Assembly: GCF_000018305.1 (NCBI RefSeq)
Contig: NC_009954.1
Location: forward strand, 1,290,001-1,322,000
Origin: Caldivirga maquilingensis IC-167
Lineage (GTDB): Archaea > Thermoproteota > Thermoprotei > Thermoproteales > Thermocladiaceae
Reading direction: 5' to 3'
Length of the DNA: 32,000 bases
Shown piece by piece: positions 16,766 through 25,701 of the stretch (positions within the stretch are counted from its first letter, which is position 1; every line of letters starts with the position of its first letter). The translations under genes and the position numbers were made by a program. The notes below the pieces were generated by a model. It did no database searches. It was not told where the DNA came from and saw only the letters and a program-made list of their open reading frames with translations.

Positions 16766-16775
16766 CCTTTATAAA
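16766..16775 (-). promoter_or_regulatory. TATA box for tRNA-Gln
   Basis: The minus strand reads tttataaagg 21-30 nt upstream of the tRNA 5' end. Confidence 0.55.
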
Positions 16776-16815
16776 CACTACCCAATGAAAACAATGCCTA
16801 CTACTCAAGGTGATC

Positions 16816-18252
16816 TTACCTACTGCTGCGTTTAGGGTAATTGGTCATTATTTTCTCAATAATCTGCATCATAGAGTTTTCAACCTCAGGGGGTGCTTGA
16901 GCCTCCTCTGGGTATTCTTGGCCATTATACTCACCTGGTAGTTTCCTAGTTGCATCAAGCCCCAGCTTACTCCCCAGGCCTGGCACTGGGGTTGATGGGT
17001 CAAGTTCCTCGGTTGGGTATTCTGGCATTATTACCACGTCCCTCTGCGGGTTTAGGTTGGCTGCTATTGCGTATGTGACTTCACCCATGTTTTTAACGTC
17101 CACGTCATGGTCAACAACAATCACCACCTTATTGAAGACCGGTAACAGGCCCCAGAGGGTTGCCATAACCCTCCTAGCCTGTCCAGGGTACCTCTTCCTT
17201 ATTGACACTATAGTCCAGTACCCAATGCCCTCAGGGGGCATGTAGATGTCAGCCACCTCCGGCATTAGTTGCTTTAACAGTGGTTTCATTGCCTCGACGC
17301 CGAACTTAATTATGTTACCATCCTCAAGCACAGGCTTACCTGTGACTGTGACTGGTATTAAGGGGTCCTCCCTGGAGTACATGGCTGTTACCTTAACCAC
17401 AGGATACTCCTTAACTATTGAGTAGTAGCCCACGTGATCCCCAAAGGGCCCCTCCTTAACGTACTCCCCGGTTAACTTACCCTCAATAACCAATTCAGCG
17501 TTAGCCGGGTACTCAATACTGATGGTTGAGCCCCTCGTTAACTCAACCCCCTCACCCCTAATAACCCCAGTAACCAGTAGTTTATCAAGGGGATGTGGTA
17601 CTGGTGTACCGGCCATAAGCATGGTTACTGGGTCAGGACCCAGTACAACAGCCACCTCCACCTCACCCATATCGGCGTATTGGGCGCTCCTCCTCCACGG
17701 CATCCAATGCATAATGAACCTATCCCTATCAATTACCTGAAGCCTATAGTAGCCGAAGTTGGTTACGTCATTGTGCTTAATGAATGATACTGCGAAGGTT
17801 AGGAATCTACCAGGCTCCTTAGGCCACTGCTTAATAGCCGGTAGTTTAAATAAGTCAATGCTCCTCCACTCCTTCTCCTTAACTGGAGCCTTATTAACCA
17901 GCCTTGGGAAGTACCTTGAAACACTCCTTAACTCACCGAGGGCCTTAATGGCATCTATTAAGCCTGTTGGCGGCTTAAGGTTAATTAATTCAGTAATCCT
18001 CTCGGCAGCCTTCTCTGGCTCAACATTGTTAAGAGCCGTTAAAACCCTACTCCACTTACCGAATAGGTTACCTACGGCTGGTAGGGTATCTTCCTTAGTT
18101 TTCTCAATGATAACAGCTGGCCCATTCCTATACATTAATCCCCTTAGTAATGCCGGTAACTCCAACTCCACGCTGATTGGTTCATTAACCCTAATCAACT
18201 CCCCCTCCTCCTCCAGTTTGCTTAAATATCCTCTAAGGTCATTGAAGGCCAT
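16816..18252 (-). CDS. UbiD-family (prFMN-dependent) aromatic decarboxylase
   Basis: 478 aa. The N-terminus FNDLRGYLSKLEEEGELIRVNEPISVELELPAL and the overall pattern are typical of UbiD/MqnM-type carboxy-lyases. Confidence 0.85.
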   Translation of the reverse strand: MAFNDLRGYLSKLEEEGELIRVNEPISVELELPALLRGLMYRNGPAVIIEKTKEDTLPAVGNLFGKWSRVLTALNNVEPEKAAERITELINLKPPTGLIDAIKALGELRSVSRYFPRLVNKAPVKEKEWRSIDLFKLPAIKQWPKEPGRFLTFAVSFIKHNDVTNFGYYRLQVIDRDRFIMHWMPWRRSAQYADMGEVEVAVVLGPDPVTMLMAGTPVPHPLDKLLVTGVIRGEGVELTRGSTISIEYPANAELVIEGKLTGEYVKEGPFGDHVGYYSIVKEYPVVKVTAMYSREDPLIPVTVTGKPVLEDGNIIKFGVEAMKPLLKQLMPEVADIYMPPEGIGYWTIVSIRKRYPGQARRVMATLWGLLPVFNKVVIVVDHDVDVKNMGEVTYAIAANLNPQRDVVIMPEYPTEELDPSTPVPGLGSKLGLDATRKLPGEYNGQEYPEEAQAPPEVENSMMQIIEKIMTNYPKRSSR

Positions 18253-18272
18253 TAATACTACACTGCATTAAT

Positions 18273-18282
18273 GCGTTTAAGT
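18273..18282 (-). promoter_or_regulatory. TATA box for the UbiD-family gene
   Basis: The minus strand reads acttaaacgc, centred about 26 nt upstream of the ATG at 18252. Confidence 0.45.
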
Positions 18283-18300
18283 AGGTTACTGGAGTCAACG

Positions 18301-18309
18301 TTTAAAATA
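18301..18309 (+). promoter_or_regulatory. TATA box for the UbiA-family gene
   Basis: tttaaaata is centred about 26 nt upstream of the ATG at 18331. Confidence 0.5.
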
Positions 18310-18330
18310 AGCCACTTAGGCTGCTTCCCA

Positions 18331-19275
18331 ATGGGGTTGAGTGGATTAAAGCCTTGGTTACTATCATTTAGTCCAACAACGTTAACCAGTGCCTTCTCCT
18401 CAGTTACCTTAGGCACAGCTCTCTCCTGGTACCTTAACGGTGTCTTTAAGCCTGTAATATATGTAGTAACCTTAATTGCAGTGATGCTTGCTCAAGCTGG
18501 GGTTAACCTTATTCATGATTACGTGGATTACAGAACCGGGGTGGATATCCTCTATAGGGCCAGTGGCTTTATGCATAGGCCTAATCCAATAATTGACCTT
18601 GGCCTTAACCCACGTAGCGTTAGGGCCGTGGGCTACTTCTTCATTGCCGTAACCATAGCCTCAGGGATTTACCTAGCCCTAGTGGTTGGTTTCCCAGTCC
18701 TAATACTGGGCTTAGCCGGTGTGTTAATTGGGGTGGGTTACAGTGAGGCCCCCTTGAAGCTTCACTATAGGGGCCTTGGTGAGGTCTTCGCTGCATTGGC
18801 AATGGGCCCATTAGTCACCTGGGGCTCCTACATTGTTCAAACAGGCATCTACCTGAACCCAGCCCCATTAATCGTGGGTATACCTAATGGATTATTCACA
18901 CTACTCATACTACTGGGTTCAGGGGCCCTTGAATTGGATGCATCCAGGAAGGTGGGTAAGTTAACCCTAGTCCTAATACTGGGCTTAAGGAGAGTTAAGT
19001 ACCTGGTCTACGGTGTAGTGGCGTTAATTTACCTAACCCTAATCGCATCGGCACTACTGGGTTACTTACCCTACATATCCCTACTCACACTACTCCTAAT
19101 CCCAAGAACCCTTAGGCTTGCCGGCCCATTACTAAGTGGTGATGAGGGTGAGGTTAGGAGGAGGTGGAGGGAGTTGAGGCTGCTTTGGGCCGGTCCATTC
19201 AGTGTTAGGTTAATTATACTGGCAATACTCATAGCCTCAATGATTATAGTTAAACTAATGCCGTGGATACCTTAA
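18331..19275 (+). CDS. UbiA-superfamily aromatic prenyltransferase (MenA/MqnP-like)
   Basis: Asp-rich motif NLIHDYVDYRTGVD and 8-9 TM helices. The ORF-track start at 18271 would bury both divergent TATA boxes inside the ORF, so the ATG at 18331 (MGLSGLKPW…) is preferred. Confidence 0.8.
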   Translation: MGLSGLKPWLLSFSPTTLTSAFSSVTLGTALSWYLNGVFKPVIYVVTLIAVMLAQAGVNLIHDYVDYRTGVDILYRASGFMHRPNPIIDLGLNPRSVRAVGYFFIAVTIASGIYLALVVGFPVLILGLAGVLIGVGYSEAPLKLHYRGLGEVFAALAMGPLVTWGSYIVQTGIYLNPAPLIVGIPNGLFTLLILLGSGALELDASRKVGKLTLVLILGLRRVKYLVYGVVALIYLTLIASALLGYLPYISLLTLLLIPRTLRLAGPLLSGDEGEVRRRWRELRLLWAGPFSVRLIILAILIASMIIVKLMPWIP

Positions 19276-19299
19276 AAAAGTAGGCCCCAATACCCATTG

Positions 19300-19349
19300 G
19301 TGATGAGTGAGCTCCGTGCATGAGCTTGTGATGAATTTGAATCACCTGA
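19300..19349 (+). ncRNA. Candidate C/D box sRNA (2'-O-methylation guide)
   Basis: C box GTGATGA (19300-06); guide of 12-13 nt; D'-like ATGA (19320-23); 4-nt linker GCTT; C' box GTGATGA (19328-34); 11-nt guide ATTTGAATCAC; D box CTGA (19346-49). It is intergenic, on the same strand as and just after the upstream gene. Confidence 0.55.
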
Positions 19350-19392
19350 CTAAGACTCATTACTTATTAAGTTAAGCTTCCTTTAATCAACC

Positions 19393-20478
19393 ATGGAGTG
19401 CGTTAACACTGTTAGGAGGATAATGGAGGGGTTGGTTAAGGATGCGTACCCAGGGGCGTCACTTGTGGTTAATGCTAATGGTGAAACCCTAATCAACTTA
19501 ACCGTGGGTTACGCTCAATTAAAGCCCGTGGAGAGGTTAATGAGGGGTGGTATGCTCTTTGACTTAGCCTCCTTAACCAAGGCATTATCAACATCCCTAA
19601 TAGTAATGAAGCTTGCGGAGGAGGGTGCATTAAGCCTAAGCCAGAGGGTCTCTGAATTAATCCCAGACTTCTCCAGGACTAATGCCGGTGCCAGTGATGT
19701 TAAGGATAAGGTTAGGGTATGGATGCTCCTATCCCACACATCAGGCTTACCAGCATGGCTACCCCTCTATAAGTCGGCGTCAAGTAGGGATGAGTTGATT
19801 AATCAAGCAGTAACCTCATTCCTAGTTTATGAACCGGGTTCAAGGGTTGTTTACAGTGACTTAAATTACATAGTTTTAACGGCATTAGTTGAGAGAATCA
19901 CTGGTCAACGCATTGACTCCCTTTTCCAGGAAATGGTGGCTAAGCCCCTTAACCTAAGTAAGGCACTTTATAATCCATTAACAAGGTTCAGTAGGGATGA
20001 TGTCGTGGCCACTGAGTACATTAATGGTGATGCATTAGTGGGTGTGGTTCATGATGAGAACGCAAGGGCCATGGATGGTGTTTCAGGGCACGCTGGCTTA
20101 TTCGCAACAGCCGAGGATGCGGCTAAGATAGCTGACTCCCTGCTTGAATCCTATAGGAATGGGGCATTCTTAACTAGGCCAAGTATTAAGACTATGTGGA
20201 CCCCTTGGGCTTGCGGTGAATCATGCTACGGCCTTGGTTGGCAAATATACAAAAGGGGGGTAACAACCAGTGGTGGGGATTTTTTAACTGATGGTAAGGC
20301 ATTCGGGCACACCGGCTTCACTGGAACCTCCCTATGGATTGATGTTGAATTAGGCTTAACAATAGTCCTCTTCACCAATAGGGTTCACCCAAGTAGGGAT
20401 AATAGGAGGATTGATTACGCTAGGCCAATTATACATAATGCTGCAGTATCATGTGCAGATAAGCTTACTTATCATTGA
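19393..20478 (+). CDS. Beta-lactamase-fold serine hydrolase (class C / family VIII esterase / DD-peptidase-like)
   Basis: S-x-x-K motif (DLASLTKAL), a Y-x-N-like region (VYSDLNY), and a GHTGFTG third motif. Confidence 0.82.
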   Translation: MECVNTVRRIMEGLVKDAYPGASLVVNANGETLINLTVGYAQLKPVERLMRGGMLFDLASLTKALSTSLIVMKLAEEGALSLSQRVSELIPDFSRTNAGASDVKDKVRVWMLLSHTSGLPAWLPLYKSASSRDELINQAVTSFLVYEPGSRVVYSDLNYIVLTALVERITGQRIDSLFQEMVAKPLNLSKALYNPLTRFSRDDVVATEYINGDALVGVVHDENARAMDGVSGHAGLFATAEDAAKIADSLLESYRNGAFLTRPSIKTMWTPWACGESCYGLGWQIYKRGVTTSGGDFLTDGKAFGHTGFTGTSLWIDVELGLTIVLFTNRVHPSRDNRRIDYARPIIHNAAVSCADKLTYH

Positions 20479-20548
20479 AGCAGGATTTGGCTTAAACTTA
20501 ATGCGTCTGCAAAATTAATTTAACGTGATTTAAGCATTAGGTGATTAA

Positions 20549-20917
20549 TTACTCCTCCTCAAACTCCTCTCCTTGGGAGGCCTCCTCAGGCTGGGTCTCC
20601 TGACCAGTGGCTGCTCCCTGCCCCGCCTCTTGGGCTAGTTCGGCAACCGCGAAGGATGGACCAACCCTCGTTATCTTAACTCTAACCTTCTCACCGGGCT
20701 TGGTGTTCGGTATGAAGATTATGAAGCCTCTTATCTTCGCGACACCATCACCCCTCTTGGATATTTCGGTTACCTCCACCTCCACAACGTCACCGACTTT
20801 CACTGGTTTTGGACCACGGCCTCTTCGTCTAGGCCTTCCCCTATTCATTCCGGGACCTGTTGACGTCCGTATCGCCGTTAATCCACCAATAGCCCCCTTA
20901 ATAAATGTTTCGTACAT
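20549..20917 (-). CDS. TRAM-domain RNA-binding protein with Arg/Gly-rich N-terminal segment and acidic tail
   Basis: TRAM/OB core VGDVVEVEVTEISKRGDGVAKIRGFIIFIPNTKPGEKVRVKITRV, preceded by NRGRPRRRGRGPKP and ending in …QGEEFEEE. TATA (cattttaatc) lies about 30 nt upstream of the ATG at 20917. Confidence 0.8.
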   Translation of the reverse strand: MYETFIKGAIGGLTAIRTSTGPGMNRGRPRRRGRGPKPVKVGDVVEVEVTEISKRGDGVAKIRGFIIFIPNTKPGEKVRVKITRVGPSFAVAELAQEAGQGAATGQETQPEEASQGEEFEEE

Positions 20918-20986
20918 AAGGTACCCCTGGCATTACCTGGGTGATTAAAATGCTTAATTTTAGGTATATGCCAAGCCTAATGAATA

Positions 20987-22036
20987 TTAACCGTGTATCA
21001 TTTTAATTATCTTCCTGTACTTTAAGTACAGGGAGTAGTCTATGTAGACCTTATCCTCAAGCATCTCACCAATAGTCCTAGCTAACTTAACCTTACCTGG
21101 TAATTGATCAGTGGTTTCAATGTAGAATGCGTTGGAGCCTGCACCGCTACCGAAGGTGACTACTATTATTTTGGCACCAGGCTTAGCCTCCTCAAGAACC
21201 TTAGCTAAACCCAGTAATGCTGAGGCATTGTAAGTATTGCCTATTAAATCAACCACTATACCTGGCTTAACCTTCTCAAGCGGGAAGCCGAGCATTTGAG
21301 CAACCCTAACCGGGAACCTGGCGTTGGGTTGGTGGAAGACTGCGTAATCGAAGTCATTGGGCTTCATACCTAACTCATCCATTAAACCCTTAGCAGCACC
21401 TATAATGTGCTTGAAGTAAGCCGGCTCCCCTGTGAAGCCTTCACCGTGAACTGGGTAGGGTGAACTATCCCTCCTCCAGAAGTCAGGGGTGTCTGATGCA
21501 TATGGGTAAGTGTACTTGATTTCAGCGGCCAGGTTACTTGAACCAATCACGTATGCGACTGCGCCAGTACCCACGGTGTACTCCAAGTGCTCCCCCGGTT
21601 CACCCTGGGATGAATCAGTCCCCACTGCTATACCGTACTTTATTGAATTAGCCTTAACTAAACCCATTAGGTTAATTATTGCATCTGAACCAGCCTTACA
21701 GGCGAACTCCATGTCCACTGAGTAAACCTGCCTATTTAGGCCTAGGGCATCAATGAGTATTGATGATATCGGCTTAACGGCGTAGGGTTTTGACTCAGTT
21801 CCAGCGAAGACTGCACCAACCTCACTCGGCTTCACCCCAGCCCTAATTAAAGCGTCCCTAGAGGCTTCAACAGCCATGGTTACTGGGTCCTCGTCAATGT
21901 ACCCAACCGCCTTCTCCTCAACCAAGTACATGTCCCTAATCCTGAGGGCATCATCACCCCAAGCCTCAGCTATTTCACGGGTCTTAATCCTATACCTAGG
22001 TATGTACGCACCCCAACCAACTATGCCTACCGCCAT
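20987..22036 (-). CDS. Archaeal hydroxymethylglutaryl-CoA synthase
   Basis: [27 protein letters not shown] is the canonical archaeal HMGCS N-terminus. The ATG at 22036 shares one nt with the DUF35 stop (TGATG). The ORF-track GTG at 22045 is an alternative. Confidence 0.9.
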   Translation of the reverse strand: MAVGIVGWGAYIPRYRIKTREIAEAWGDDALRIRDMYLVEEKAVGYIDEDPVTMAVEASRDALIRAGVKPSEVGAVFAGTESKPYAVKPISSILIDALGLNRQVYSVDMEFACKAGSDAIINLMGLVKANSIKYGIAVGTDSSQGEPGEHLEYTVGTGAVAYVIGSSNLAAEIKYTYPYASDTPDFWRRDSSPYPVHGEGFTGEPAYFKHIIGAAKGLMDELGMKPNDFDYAVFHQPNARFPVRVAQMLGFPLEKVKPGIVVDLIGNTYNASALLGLAKVLEEAKPGAKIIVVTFGSGAGSNAFYIETTDQLPGKVKLARTIGEMLEDKVYIDYSLYLKYRKIIKMIHG

Positions 22037-22449
22037 CACCAACACCCCTTCAATGGCCTTAACTTAAAACCGTAGTAAATTATACCGTAGTCACTATCCT
22101 CCTTAACCCTCCTAAACACCACCTCAACCTCAGCATTATCACTAAGCTTCTCCGGGTTTGGGCAGTCGACTAATTGCCCAAGCACCCTAACCCCATTTAA
22201 GTCAACTATACCGAATATTAACGGCCTCTGCTTTTCGAAATCAGACGTGACGCTCCTAAGTACAGTGAATTCAATTAACCTACCCCTCCTAGGTAACTCA
22301 ACATCCTCAAATTCCCTTGAACCGCATTCGCAGACGGCCCTGGGTGGGAAGTAAACCTTACCGCATTTCCTGCATTTAAGGGCAGTGAGCCTATAGTACT
22401 GGGGTATCCTCCTCCAGTACTTCGGTACTGATAGGGATTGATCAACCAT
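22036..22449 (-). CDS. DUF35 OB-fold/zinc-ribbon protein (scaffold of the thiolase-HMGCS complex)
   Basis: Zn ribbon [19 protein letters not shown] followed by an OB-fold segment. It sits between the thiolase and HMGCS, as in other archaea. Confidence 0.88.
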   Translation of the reverse strand: MVDQSLSVPKYWRRIPQYYRLTALKCRKCGKVYFPPRAVCECGSREFEDVELPRRGRLIEFTVLRSVTSDFEKQRPLIFGIVDLNGVRVLGQLVDCPNPEKLSDNAEVEVVFRRVKEDSDYGIIYYGFKLRPLKGCW

Positions 22450-22450
22450 G

Positions 22451-23593
22451 CTACTTCACCACCTTAAGCATGAAGACTACACTCTCCTGATCCACACCAA
22501 CCATATCCTCAACCACCGCTGCCTCGGCGTTTAGGCCGTTAAATGGTTTATCACCCCTAAGCTGCATTGTGACGCTGGCTAATTGGTAAACACCTGAGGC
22601 ACCCATTGAATTACCCACAGCCTTTAATCCACCGTCTAAGTTAACCATAACCTTACCCCCTGGGTCAAAGTAACCCTCATTAAGGAGCCTTAAGGCACTC
22701 CCCCTCTTGCATAATCCCAGGGATTCCAACGCCAATACACCGAGTATACTATAAGTATCGTGGACACTCACTATACCGTTGAAGTCACTGAGCGGGTTAA
22801 TTGCCTTAACAGCCTCAGTCACAGACATTAATACCGTGTAGTCGTTCCTTGAGGCGAAGTATGAGTTTGATGCACCGAACCCGTAACCCAACACCCCCAC
22901 TGCCTGATCCCTGGCATTAGGTTTACTGCAGAGTACTAGGGCCGCTGCGCCGTCAACGAAGGGTGATACATCGTAGAGCCTTAATGGGTCTGCAACAAGC
23001 TCGGAATCCAGAACATCCTTTAGCTTAGCCGCCCTCTTAAAGTAGGCGAAGGGATTCTTCGCACCCCTCTCATGCATTTTAATAGCCCATGTGGCTAAGT
23101 CCTCATACTTATACTCATAATTCCTCAGGTACTGCTTAGCCATTAATGCAGCCAAGACCACTGGGGTTGCTCCGAAGTATGATTCGTAATCGGAGTCAAG
23201 TAGGTATGAGGCGTACTTATTCTGCTTAAGTGAAGTAACCTCATGAGGCTTATCAACACCAACCAGTAGTACGCATCCATTACTCATTGATGCCACGTGG
23301 TTTAAAGCAACCATGAATGCGAAGCCCCCTGAGCCATCACCATTCTCAACCCTTATGGATGGGGCATTCTTAATGCCTGAGTAATCCCTAAGGACGTTAC
23401 CTATAGCCATCTGCTCACCGGTAAGTTCAGATAGGGCTGAGGCAATGTATATTGCCTTAATGTCAGGGTTACCTGCAGATTCAAGAGCCTTTAAGGCAGC
23501 CTCAGCGAATAATTCCCTATAACCCTTATCATAATACCTGCCTGGGGGAATAATGTGTACTCCATTTATATAGCCTAATGCCGAAATACTCAT
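22451..23593 (-). CDS. Acetyl-CoA C-acetyltransferase (archaeal thiolase)
   Basis: Thiolase-like fold (…GGFAFMVALNHV…, GNSMGASGVYQ). The minus-strand TATA tttattaa (23617-23624) lies 27 nt from the ATG at 23593 but only 9 nt from the ORF-track ATG at 23611, so 23593 is preferred. Confidence 0.88.
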   Translation of the reverse strand: MSISALGYINGVHIIPPGRYYDKGYRELFAEAALKALESAGNPDIKAIYIASALSELTGEQMAIGNVLRDYSGIKNAPSIRVENGDGSGGFAFMVALNHVASMSNGCVLLVGVDKPHEVTSLKQNKYASYLLDSDYESYFGATPVVLAALMAKQYLRNYEYKYEDLATWAIKMHERGAKNPFAYFKRAAKLKDVLDSELVADPLRLYDVSPFVDGAAALVLCSKPNARDQAVGVLGYGFGASNSYFASRNDYTVLMSVTEAVKAINPLSDFNGIVSVHDTYSILGVLALESLGLCKRGSALRLLNEGYFDPGGKVMVNLDGGLKAVGNSMGASGVYQLASVTMQLRGDKPFNGLNAEAAVVEDMVGVDQESVVFMLKVVK

Positions 23594-23616
23594 CGACTTT
23601 CCCTTACACATAAAGC

Positions 23617-23624
23617 TTAATAAA
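23617..23624 (-). promoter_or_regulatory. TATA box for the thiolase-DUF35-HMGCS operon
   Basis: See the thiolase entry for the spacing argument. Confidence 0.5.
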
Positions 23625-23766
23625 TATTACACCCTATTTAGGGTCCCTGGGGCATGCACTATCATTATGGCATTAGGTTACTTGATGCATTGCATTAACT
23701 TAACCCATCAGAAATCACTCTTCCAGTAAACCTTAAAAATTAAATGCTTAAACATAATGCCTACGT

Positions 23767-24219
23767 ATGGTTAGTGTTAATGACTTTATGATTGGGAGAA
23801 GCCTAGTTTTAGGTGATGTTGAACCAGCTTTAACAGTACCATCAATATATGTTACTGATGATGCAGGTAACGTTAGGGTTAAGAGGGCTGTAAGTGAGAC
23901 TGGGGGTGATTTAGTTTTATCCAGTTACGTTAAACTACCTATTAGGGATAAGGCCGTTGAATCAAGTGTACTTAACTTAACCGGTGACATTAATAATATT
24001 GCAAGGCTCATTAATGAGTTAATTAGGGTTAGTAAACTAAGCGTTGTTATCGTTGGTTGGCAACCTGATAAGGGGTGGTCAACAACACCATTATTCACCA
24101 GTGAATTAGGTGTCATTAGGAATAAGGTTAAGGCATTAGCCTCACTCTACCCCCATGATGTCTTTGAATTAAGCGACAGGTACATTTACGTACTCTACAT
24201 GAATCACCCCTCAGGCTAA
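23767..24219 (+). CDS. Hypothetical protein
   Basis: 150-codon ORF. cttaaaaattaaatg TATA lies about 28 nt upstream of the ATG. No family recognised. The 3' end overlaps the endonuclease V 3' end by 9 nt. Confidence 0.55.
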   Translation: MVSVNDFMIGRSLVLGDVEPALTVPSIYVTDDAGNVRVKRAVSETGGDLVLSSYVKLPIRDKAVESSVLNLTGDINNIARLINELIRVSKLSVVIVGWQPDKGWSTTPLFTSELGVIRNKVKALASLYPHDVFELSDRYIYVLYMNHPSG

Positions 24220-24897
24220 TGCATTAACGCAGCCATTGTGTTTAACCTTATTAGCCATCGTGTGAGCATGCAGTATTGGTTCAGGCATCCTATCCCTTAG
24301 GCACAGTCTTGAAACCAATGTTAAGGCATTGTCAAGCGTAATCATGTTACCCACGCTAACGTAAACCTCATGCCTCCCGCATTTAACCACACCGCCTATG
24401 ACTTCCCCATTACTTGGATCAATTATGAGGGATTCCTTAACCTCACCGTAGAGTAATGATTTAGCAACCCCAATAGTCGGTAAACCCATTACCACACCGA
24501 AGTGCGCAGCTATACCAAGCCTATAAGGGTGGGCTACACCGTGGCCATCAATTAACACAACATGGGGCCTTTCCTTAAGCCTCATGAAGGCTTTAATCAT
24601 TGGTGAGAGTTCCCTAAAGGATAGTAGGGTTGGTACGTATGGGAAAGTGACCTCACCCTCATAACACCCATACTCAATAATGTGGTTAAGCCTCATGGAG
24701 TAGGTTGCCGCCACTGCGTAGGCGTAATTACCCCTGTAGGCTACATCAATACCGGTAATGAGGTCTACAGACTGCGTTAATGGCATGGTAACAACCATTG
24801 ACGCCAGCCTCCTCTGAACCATGCGTGCAGCCTCAAGGTTAAAGCCCTTAGGTACCCTTGACTTAACGTAATTCTCACTAATAATCCTCCTAACCAT
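24211..24897 (-). CDS. nfi: Endonuclease V (deoxyinosine 3' endonuclease)
   Basis: ITGIDVAY (catalytic Asp), PYVPTLLSFRE, and LIDGHGVAHPYRLGIAAHFGV…PTIGVAKS match the EndoV family. Confidence 0.9.
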   Translation of the reverse strand: MVRRIISENYVKSRVPKGFNLEAARMVQRRLASMVVTMPLTQSVDLITGIDVAYRGNYAYAVAATYSMRLNHIIEYGCYEGEVTFPYVPTLLSFRELSPMIKAFMRLKERPHVVLIDGHGVAHPYRLGIAAHFGVVMGLPTIGVAKSLLYGEVKESLIIDPSNGEVIGGVVKCGRHEVYVSVGNMITLDNALTLVSRLCLRDRMPEPILHAHTMANKVKHNGCVNALA

Positions 24898-24975
24898 TAA
24901 GCCAACTCACCGATTAAACCCACGTTAAGTAGGCTTTATGGTTTTCCTAATTAAGCGTATAAGTATTAACGCGGC

Positions 24976-25701
24976 TTAATGATTCCTGAGGGATGAGGTT
25001 AATTCCCCGGCCATCTCCAGAATCCTCCTAACTATGCTACTGGTGCTGCATAACTGGCAGTTAATAATATTAGGCATCCTAACCACCTCAGCGTTAATAC
25101 CCCTACTCCTTAAGGCTCTCCTAATCTCCTCCTCGGTGAAGGGTTGATTAGGCCCGAGGAGTATTATATCAGGCTTCTCCTCCTCAACAACCCTAAACAT
25201 GTCATCCTCATAACCAACCCTAGCCTTAGTAACGTACTCTATGGCCTCAAGCACCTCAACCCTCTGCTTAGCGGGTATTATAGGCTCCCTACCCTTAATC
25301 CTCTTAACACTCTCATCAGTGGAGACAACAGCCACAACCCTGCCTAAACCCCAGGCGTACTTAAGGTACCCCACGTGGCCTGGGTGTATTATATCGAATG
25401 TGCCAGCCACGAAAACCTTCCTTGACGCTAACTTAGCTAATTCACTCGGCTTCCTCCAATTAACCTCACTCAACTTAAGGATCCTTAAGGCATCCAGCAA
25501 GCCCTCTGCGTAGGATATCGTAGCCAGAGCCGTCTCATAGTCACCCACCTTGAAGTAGTGTAAAGTATCCTTAAGATAAGCCTCAGCCAACTCAATTAAT
25601 TCACCAACCTCCCCACCACCATTAGCATTAGTGCGTAATGCCTCAATAGCCTGCTCAACGTTTCTAACATAAGTCAATACCCTATCAGCTAAGGTACTCA
25701 T
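24976..25701 (-). CDS. ribL: FAD synthase RibL (FMN adenylyltransferase, cytidylyltransferase fold) with N-terminal helical extension
   Basis: The C-terminal ~150 aa aligns by eye with MJ1179 RibL (VAGTFDIIHPGH, VVSTDESVKRIKGREPIIPAKQR, KPDIILLGPNQ, C-terminal CxxC…SSIVRRI). A tgtttttaac TATA lies 28 nt upstream of the ATG at 25701, so the ORF-track GTG at 25734 is probably too long. Confidence 0.8.
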   Translation of the reverse strand: MSTLADRVLTYVRNVEQAIEALRTNANGGGEVGELIELAEAYLKDTLHYFKVGDYETALATISYAEGLLDALRILKLSEVNWRKPSELAKLASRKVFVAGTFDIIHPGHVGYLKYAWGLGRVVAVVSTDESVKRIKGREPIIPAKQRVEVLEAIEYVTKARVGYEDDMFRVVEEEKPDIILLGPNQPFTEEEIRRALRSRGINAEVVRMPNIINCQLCSTSSIVRRILEMAGELTSSLRNH

